DNA of 59,841 nucleotides, filler included, from Dugesia japonica (taxonomy: Eukaryota), in the NCBI GenBank assembly GCA_001938525.1. It is 4 parts of 4 records of this genome, joined end to end, with 100 filler letters (N's around TTAATTAATTAA, not from the genome) between each part and the next. Parts side by side here need not be neighbours in the genome. Positions count along the whole stretch, not along the records: positions 45,870 to 59,841 come from MQRL01614038.1; 3 more parts are not named here. One strand, 5' to 3'. Below are positions 51,810 through 59,841 of the stretch, piece by piece. A program made the position numbers and the translations under genes. Each line of letters opens with the position of its first letter. Within the stretch, counting starts at the first letter, position 1. Under the pieces are notes generated by a model. The model did no database searches. It worked only from the letters and a program-made list of their open reading frames with translations, and was not told the DNA's origin.

Positions 51810-54261
51810 AAGAGATTCCAAACTGAATATTCAAATATTTGATATTCGAATATATTTATGTGTTTATTGACTATTTGATATTCGAATATTTGGAAAAAAT
51901 ATTCGAATATTAATGAAAGATACAAAATTATAAATTGTAAAAGTTCAATCAAAGTAAGCTTTGAAAAAACTTTCAAAAAATCGCATTTTGAATTTTCGTA
52001 ATGTGTTTTGTGTGACATTATTTTAGTTGGCTTTTGAAAAACAGTTCAAATAAGTAATTGTTATTGTTATTAAAAATTTTAATGATTAAAATAAATCGTA
52101 ATCAATTGTTACATTAATTTCTTTTGGATATTTCTTATATTTGAAAGGTAAATTGAAGCTTGTTAGATTATCTTACATAATTACATATTTAAATTGTTAG
52201 CCATATCCAAAAATCCGAAGTGTGGAAGTTTTTTAAGAAAGACGAAAAAAAATTGATGAAGCCACACGTAGTACCTGTAACGCAAACGTAGGGTATAAAA
52301 GTTCAACCACCCTATGATTAATCATTTGAGGTTACGACACAACATATTTATATCTAAATCTGTTTCAAGTGAAAATTATGAAAAAAATAATGTTCCGCAG
52401 AAAAAGCCAAAAATTGAAACAAGTACCATTTTGAACTTTGAAAAAAACAGTCTTTAAATTAAATATTGTCAAACATNNNNNNNNNNNNNNNNNNNNNNNN
52501 NNNNNNNNNNNNNNNNNNNNNNNNNNNNNNNNNNNNNNNNNNNNNNNNNNNNNNNNNNNNNNNNNNNNNNNNNNNNNNNNNNNNNNNNNNNNAAAATGCA
52601 TCATCAGCGTTTATAAAGAAAAATGTATTGAACTGCGAAATAAATTTGAAAAATTTAAAAAACATATCCTAAATTGGCTATTACTGTGGATAAATGAACA
52701 GATTGCACCATCTTACGTTATGTAAATGTAACAGTTTGTGTACTTAGAATAGAATCAAATAAAGTTGAATGCTATGTACTGGATTTAAAGGAAATAGTTA
52801 AGCAGGAAAATGCAGAAACTATTAATCATTTAGTTNAAGCTAAGCTAGCAAACTTTAGCATTTCTTTAAAAATTGATGTTATTGCATCAAATAACGACGT
52901 AGCAGCTGTAATAAAAAAATACGGCAAAATATTAAATGTTTTAAATCAACTTTGCCATAATCATGCACTCCATTTGGCCGTAATGGACTGTTTTTTATGT
53001 ACCAATAAATTCTACAACTAATGAAGCGTTGGACTTGAACGATATCGAATTTTGTTGATAATGGAATTGAAGATGATGTAGAAAGAAGAAGTATGATTAA
53101 AAGAAGGATGAATGAAAGAAGAGATCCAGTTGATGACACTTATAAAATATTTACATGGTAGAAATGTACCAAGTTTCAACAATTATTNTCAATATTCTTC
53201 AGAAAATGCAGCAATTTCATTTGCTGAAAATATTATGGAACAAATATATCCAAGAATATTCATTGAAAAAAGTAATAATGATGTTTCCACATCATCTTCA
53301 ACTGATTATGTAATATAATTATCACTACAAGCTGGTTTACGAAAGGAATTGCAACATGCAATAAGTTCCATTATAGAAACANNNNNNNNNNNNNNNNNNN
53401 NNNNNNNNNNNNNNNNNNNNNNNNNNNNNNNTTGATGACACTTATAAAATATTTACATGGTAGAAATGTACCAAGTTTCAACAATTATTTTCAATATTCT
53501 TCAGAGAATGCAGCAATTTCATTTGCTGAAAATATTAATGAACAAATATATCCAAGACTATTCATTGAAAAAAGTAATAATGATGTTTCCACATCATCTT
53601 CAACTGATGATGTAATATAATTATCACTACAAGCTGGTTTACGAAAGGAATTGCAACATGCAATAAGTTCCATTATAGAAACATGTAATGTTAATAATGA
53701 AACAAATAAAAATATAATATTCAAAAAACGGTCGGCAACGCTGGATATCTTATATAATGCATTGATTACTATACGACCTACCTCAACAGCATCAGAAAGA
53801 GTGTTTTCAACAGCAGGTGCAATAAAATCAAAAAGGAGATCAAAGTTAAATTTAGAAACTTTCAATTCTCTTCTATTTTAAAATATATNNNNNNNNNNNN
53901 NNNNNNNNNNNNNNNNNNNNNNNNNNNNNNNNNNNNNNNNNNNNNNNNNNNNNNNNNNNNNNNNNNNNNNNNNNCTAAAACTTCCCGTTTCAGATTCAAC
54001 CATCCTTCGTATCACTGATTAATTACTAACTGATACAAATCAGAAAATCAGTTTTGACGTTAGAATTAGCAGATATTTCTATAACAAAAGCAATAAAAAT
54101 AATTAACCGTTTTTTTAATAATTTTATTACTATAATATTTATTTTTGATAATGTTTTTTAAAGTTTTAGTAAATTATTGAATATTCGAATAATCGAATAT
54201 TTAAAAACATTTTCTATTCGCTATTCAAATAGTTGAAAACCTTGAATAGTTGGAATGGCTA
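51810..54261 (+). mobile_element. hAT transposon (BED finger, hATC), internally deleted and gapped
   Basis: SEVWKFF..C..NHLRLRH; PTSTASERVFSTAG..KRRSKL. TCGAATAT subterminal repeats. Termini ..ATTCCAA with an 8-bp TSD CATATCTC/AATATCTC. Confidence 0.85.
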
Positions 54262-54269
54262 AATATCTC

Positions 54270-54663
54270 CCAAAAATGTGATATTAACACGGTTGTTGTA
54301 ATCAAGTACCATACTGCAAAGTACTTTGTTTATGCAATTGTAGATTTTATTCTTATTTCCAGAAGTTGAATACATTATGCCAACCCTTGAGTGTATTATT
54401 GCCGCAAAGAAGGTTATCAAATACTTTGGAATATTGATTCCACATCTGAATCGAAATTCTTGGCGGATCTCTTCTTTCTCTACTTTGTCTTCTAATAAAG
54501 TTATCCTCAATATAATCACATTTTACTTCGATTTCTCTGTATGCTGGATTTGCAGTGAGAATTTCAAAGATATCTATTTCAATATGTTGTAGAATAAATT
54601 TCTGCCAATTCAAAATCAATTGCAATCGAAAGTGTTTCCAATTCTGCATTCAAATTGAGAAAT
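54270..54663 (-). mobile_element. MULE transposase C-terminal fragment
   Basis: IDFELAE; PPRISIQMWN..NNTLKGWHNVFN (cf. RTNN.LEGWHN.FN). Confidence 0.7.
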
Positions 54664-54871
54664 NNNNNNNNNNNNNNNNNNNNNNNNNNNNNNNNNNNNN
54701 NNNNNNNNNNNNNNNNNNNNNNNNNNNNNNNNNNNNNNNNNNNNNNNNNNNNNNNNNNNNNNNNNNNNNNNNNNNNNNNNNNNNNNNNNNNNNNNNNNNN
54801 NNNNNNNNNNNNNNNNNNNNNNNNNNNNNNNNNNNNNNNNNNNNNNNNNNNNNNNNNNNNNNNNNNNNNNN

Positions 54872-55600
54872 ATTTTTGTAACATTCCTTTGTGTGGTGTT
54901 CTTTCTTGTTGCATCTGGAACAACTAACTTTGGTACAGTCTCTACTTAAGTAGATCCACAAGAATAGCACTTTTTTCCTTCCTTGAAAACTTCTGCTTGC
55001 ATGACCTATTTTGTTACAGGTCTAACACGTGATTTCTCGTCTTTCATTGTTTCTGTTCTGTTGTATTCCTTCATTATGACTTTAGTTGAGATTTCTTTGC
55101 TCTTGACTTCTGCAAACTGCATCTCTGTAGTTACGAATTACATTTATTTTTTCAGTTTTTATTTCGTCTTTTAGGTCTTCCCACTTTTTAATTGCTTTAC
55201 ATTCATCTTCTTTTTCTATTTTTCCTGGCTGAATCTTATATTTAATCTTTCTATCATTGCAACTATTTATTATTAATTCCTTTGTTAAGTCATCTTTGTT
55301 CCATTTATGAGACATACCTTTTTACCAATCCTTCAATCTTCTTATAAATATTTATATGCTCTTCATTCCATCGATAATCTAGAGCTTCCTCCATATCTTT
55401 AATCATTGTTGATGGCCTAAAGAAAGCTTTTCTGAATCTTTATTCAAATCCCAATGCATTGTCTTCATTTGCATAGATTTCCAGTAAATTTATGAAACCA
55501 ATCGCAACCAAATTCATGACTTTTCTTTATTCCGTATAGATTACAAAATTTCGTTGTCTTCAGAATAATTTTTTTCTACATCAACGCCCATTTTAAAAAT
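54872..55600 (-). mobile_element. Gypsy gag remnant
   Basis: CYSCGS..SRDC and CSRCNKKEHHTKEC zinc knuckles. Confidence 0.65.
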
Positions 55601-57201
55601 TCTAGGGTGCATGGCTTCCTTTAGCAAATCCCATGAAAATTCATGATGATAATAATTTTTTTCAAATANNATATTATTACATTTTTTAAATTGATTGAAT
55701 TTATCAATATTTGAAAGCATGTATTATAATGTTTAAACATTTTATTTTGGGTCGTCTAACAGACAAGTACCAAATTTTCATAAAAGAAATAATAGTAAAA
55801 AAATTGTCATAAGTAGAATCAAAAATCGTTGTTTTAGTTTTATTATATACATATATTAATATTACACTAGAAAAACTTTAAATTATTATAAAGTTATTTA
55901 TGGTTTTTTTTTCAAAAACAAAAGATAATTTATTATTTATAATTTATTAATAACATTTTATTTAAAAATACGGAAACGACGCGAGGCCTTGTGTGGTCAC
56001 ATCGTTTTTACCGGCATCATGTCGGCCCTGTTTATATCATTATAAATATGAATATATTGTCCGTTTTCCAGATACCCAAACTATGATTAATTCTTTATGC
56101 TGTATGCTTTTCTGCTTGTTCATTTAATTATTACATCTTGTCACCCGGTGTTCCAGTCCAACATCTAGATCATATTAATATTTATTTTTATACAAGTAAA
56201 AAGATAAATGAAATATTAGTAATAGTAGGAAATTGAAAATAATAAATAGGAAGGGTAAATAAATTAGTAATGTGATTATTAAATCAAACAAAAATTAACA
56301 TATTAAATAATGGTATATGAAAAACTTAGTAACTTCAACGTAAATTTATTGTAAATAGTAACCTGCAAATGTTACCTGCATTGAATTTTTAAATGTTTTT
56401 TGTTAATAACCAACGATTAATCAGATAAATATTCGACGAATTCATTACTTACTACATTACTTAAAGCTGTGCAAGACAAATTCAGACGATCAGTTGAATA
56501 AGTCAAATATTCTTGATGAATCTATTATTATCATTTATTAACATTCATTATTAGTAATCTATTGATTATCTCACTGTTCTAAAGATCTACAAAAAGTTAC
56601 AAATCTTATGCATCTATAAATTAAGTTGTTAAAGAATAATTAAGACAAATTAAGATAAAAATGAATTGAAACAATTTTTTTAGAGCATATGAAAAATGAA
56701 ATTTTCTTGATTCCAAAGAAAATTAGCATTTGCTTAGTTAAGAATTTCTGATTCTACTAAGCTCAGTTTATCAGACAAATTTATTTCGTGTTGATTAGAA
56801 ACCAATAAAACAATAATAACAAAATTTAGAGATTGAAAGTTTCGTTTTAAAAAGCAAGAAAATAATATCTTGTTATTATTAATTATAATTCATGTTTATT
56901 TGCCAATTTTATCTAGGCAATTATTTATTTTGACTATTTATCTAGTTTTATTGACTTGTTTTACTCAATCAATATCCATTAATGACAACTTAAATGATTC
57001 TGGATTTATTATTTGTTATTAATTTGTTTAATGAATTTTTAATTAAAATTGTAATTATTTATTTGTAATAATTGAATAATCAATTTATCAAAATCTTTAA
57101 GCTTTTGGCATAATATTATTAAATAAAATAATAATAATGGCAATAACAGTAATAATAATAAAAACAATAATAATAATTAAGAATAGTATAATAACATTAA
57201 T

Positions 57202-57494
57202 AATAGGGGTTTCACCTATACAGCTCAGTTTTAAGTTATGCCTAGGGTAATGCATATAGTGAAACTCAGCGATGAATTTAATTTGGAGTCCACATTCTAG
57301 ATCTTCAGAATAGAGTTGTTGACTCTCAACCCGTAGTTCGAGTGCATGCTCATATTCCTTTGGTTTGGATTCTTACTGTTCTAATACTCACTTTGGTCCT
57401 CATTAACTAATTGCGTGAATTACTTTTACAATCTGATATTGGTCGACAACCTCGCCATCTTTATTATCATCTCGTTAATCGTTTGAAGATTCCT
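57202..57494. mobile_element. Terminus of LTR-like family copy D, including the RNA motif (57274-57372)
   Basis: GGGGTTTCAC..GTGAAACT hairpin, then GCGATGAATTT..CTTC..GTTGACTC..GAGT..CCTTTGGTTTGGATTC; closest to copy C; cut by a gap. Confidence 0.75.
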
Positions 57495-58279
57495 NNNNNN
57501 NNNNNNNNNNNNNNNNNNNNNNNNNNNNNNNNNNNNNNNNNNNNNNNNNNNNNNNNNNNNNNNNNNNNNNNNNNNNGTTTAATAATTTTCCTATTTATCA
57601 TTAGGGATTAAATCTATTAGGTATTTTTAGAAATGTGTAAATTTTTTATTATTTTTAAAATTTAATGTAATAAGGTTTTTTTAAAATCAATGTTTAATAT
57701 TTTAAATTTTTAAAATGTAAATTTAAAATTTAATTGTAGAGATTTATAAAAATCTTTGTTTGGAAAAGTTTTTTAAAGTAAATATTTAATGATAGTTTTA
57801 ATACAAATTTTTATCGGTTTAATTATTTTGAAATAATTTCATGATTGGAATTATTTTTAAATTATTTTAAATTTGAAAGTTTTATAATTACAAAATATAT
57901 TTTTAATAAANATAATAAAACTGTTTAAGTTTATTATACAAAAATATAAATTGCATAAGGCAATTTACGAAGAAACACTCAGAAAGCAAGAAGAATTTTT
58001 TAGAATTATTTCTGTTTTATTAAAGTTTTGACTTGAAATTCTTATTTTAATTGAATTAAATGAAACAAACAAATAAATCTAACAATATCGAAGCATTAAT
58101 TTAATTAATTAAGGTTATCATCATCATTATTAATTAAGGTTATCATCATCATTATTACCATTGTAATCATTACTATTAAAAGATTTATTTCATGACATGC
58201 CGCTATCTTTTGAAAAACATTATGTCCTATCACATTCTACTACTCTATATATGTCTGGAATCCATTACTAAAAGATATT

Positions 58280-58700
58280 TACTATATGGAAAGTAGTGCC
58301 TCTAAATTTTTGGACTTGAAATTAATGAATATGCTGCAAAAAGTAATGCACTACTATTATTCCTTGGCGAAGAGAGAGGAGATATTTATTTCACAAGCTG
58401 ATATCACAACCCATAGAATCTGTACTAAAATAGACATCCCAAAAGAATTAAAAATAAAACCTGTAAATTTAGAAGATTAAAAAACAGGAGAACAAATGAA
58501 ATGAGTGANGGAGATGCACAAAATAACTTCTTAAAATAATTTACTTTGAAAATTTCCCATTTGTATACGTGTGGATAAAGGATATCAATCTATGCCTTAA
58601 TTTTAGAAAAGTGAAACACTTCTAATGCCGAAGATATATTGAATAGTTCTAAATATTTAAGGTCTATTGATATTTTTCATAACGGTTATACACTTCTTTA
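58280..58700 (+). mobile_element. Highly decayed Gypsy RT remnant
   Basis: THRICT..PFVYVW..INLCLNFRKV. Confidence 0.5.
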
Positions 58701-59189
58701 GATGTTATTATCAATTGCTATTAAAATATATTTAACTGTTTAATATTCTTAATTTAATTCACATTTTTTGTATGTGGGATCAGAACAATAAAGTACCGAT
58801 AAATATTAAACAAAGAATACGATTTTGTAAATTTAAGTAAAGACAAAAACAATGCTATAAAAATAATAACGATGTCGTCAACTTGTGGTTTCATATTACA
58901 AGTATTTTTTAACTCAAACATCATGTAATAAATATTAATACGTGACATTTGATAAAGTCTTTTCAGTTTAAATCTTTATTAATTAAATATATTATTTCNN
59001 NNNNNNNNNNNNNNNNNNNNNNNNNNNNNNNNNNNNNNNNNNNNNNNNNNNNNNNNNNNNNNNNNNNNNNNNNNNNNNNNNNNNNNNNNNNNNNNNNNNN
59101 NNNNNNNNNNNNNNNNNNNNNNNNNNNNNNNNNNNNNNNNNNNNNNNNNNNNNNNNNNNNNNNNNNNNNNNNNNNNNNNNNNNNNNNAA

Positions 59190-59640
59190 AATCAGTGTTG
59201 GCATCAAATTATTATAGGAGACGAAAAATAGATTCACTGTGAAAATCCAAAACGCAAAGCATATTGTTTAAGCTAAGTAAACCCGGTATATCAACGCTGA
59301 AAGCGAATATCTATGAATCAAAAGTTATGTTGTGTATCCGGTTTGATCATAAACTGTCATACGTTATGAACTGTTAAAACCATCAAAATTCTTAACTGGT
59401 GAATGTTATCGATTGCAATTAATTCATTTGAATTGAGCTCTGACAGAAAAAAATTACAGAATGGGAGATAAAATAATTTTGTAACATGATAATGCTAGTT
59501 ATCATGTTCATTCGGTTGTTAAGAATTACTTAGACGGAGTAAATTGCAAAGGCTTGCATCATTTAGAAATCATTTGTTTTGGTCAATACAATCAGTAATT
59601 TCTGAAGAGCGACGATTTCAAATTAGGTAGATATCTGAAT
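59190..59640 (+). mobile_element. mariner transposase remnant
   Basis: ENPKRK, KANIYESKVMLC, LTGECYRLQLIHLN, IIL*HDNA. Confidence 0.75.
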
Positions 59641-59841
59641 TGGTTCTATTAGTTAAATTCAAAATCTCACAACTCTCCATAAATTTTTATTGATTATTAC
59701 AAGTTTTTATATTAAACTGAAAAAATATGAAGAACAATTCATATTATTCAAACAAATAATATGAGAGATTTTAATAAAATATTTTTTTAAAATATCGATT
59801 TTAATTTTAAAATACTTTTATTTTACATGTATCTTTAATTG

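Noticed and set aside
53130-53683. ~250-bp direct duplication inside the hAT
   Set aside because: Near-identical copies flank an N gap; most likely an unmerged contig overlap or haplotypes.

Overview
Very AT-rich eukaryotic (animal-like, 42-60 nt minimal introns, abundant (ATT)n) scaffold. It is built from at least four contigs joined by artificial 44N-TTAATTAATTAA-44N linkers. Three host genes are supported: a complete 3-exon CCDC124 (-), the 5' part of phosphomannomutase PMM (-) and the 3' part of a tandem-VWA-domain gene (+). Most of the rest is decayed transposable elements: Buster-type and other hAT, Penelope (one with a hammerhead-like core), Gypsy, NeSL/R2-like, Tigger/pogo, mariner, MULE and Polinton/adintovirus-like pPolB, integrase and capsid fragments. 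The most unusual part is 29.5-36.9 kb, plus a fourth copy at 57.2 kb: a family of TGTTGGGG-terminated LTR-like elements sitting in (AAT)-rich DNA. They share a ~100-nt multi-stem RNA motif with compensatory base changes. Two copies also carry a cassette of short ORFs I cannot assign to any family, each with its own splice acceptor and stop + AATAAA, an operon-like or alternative-last-exon design. One of these ORFs ends in an LC8-type KSTQT motif. All calls were made by eye; no database searches were run.
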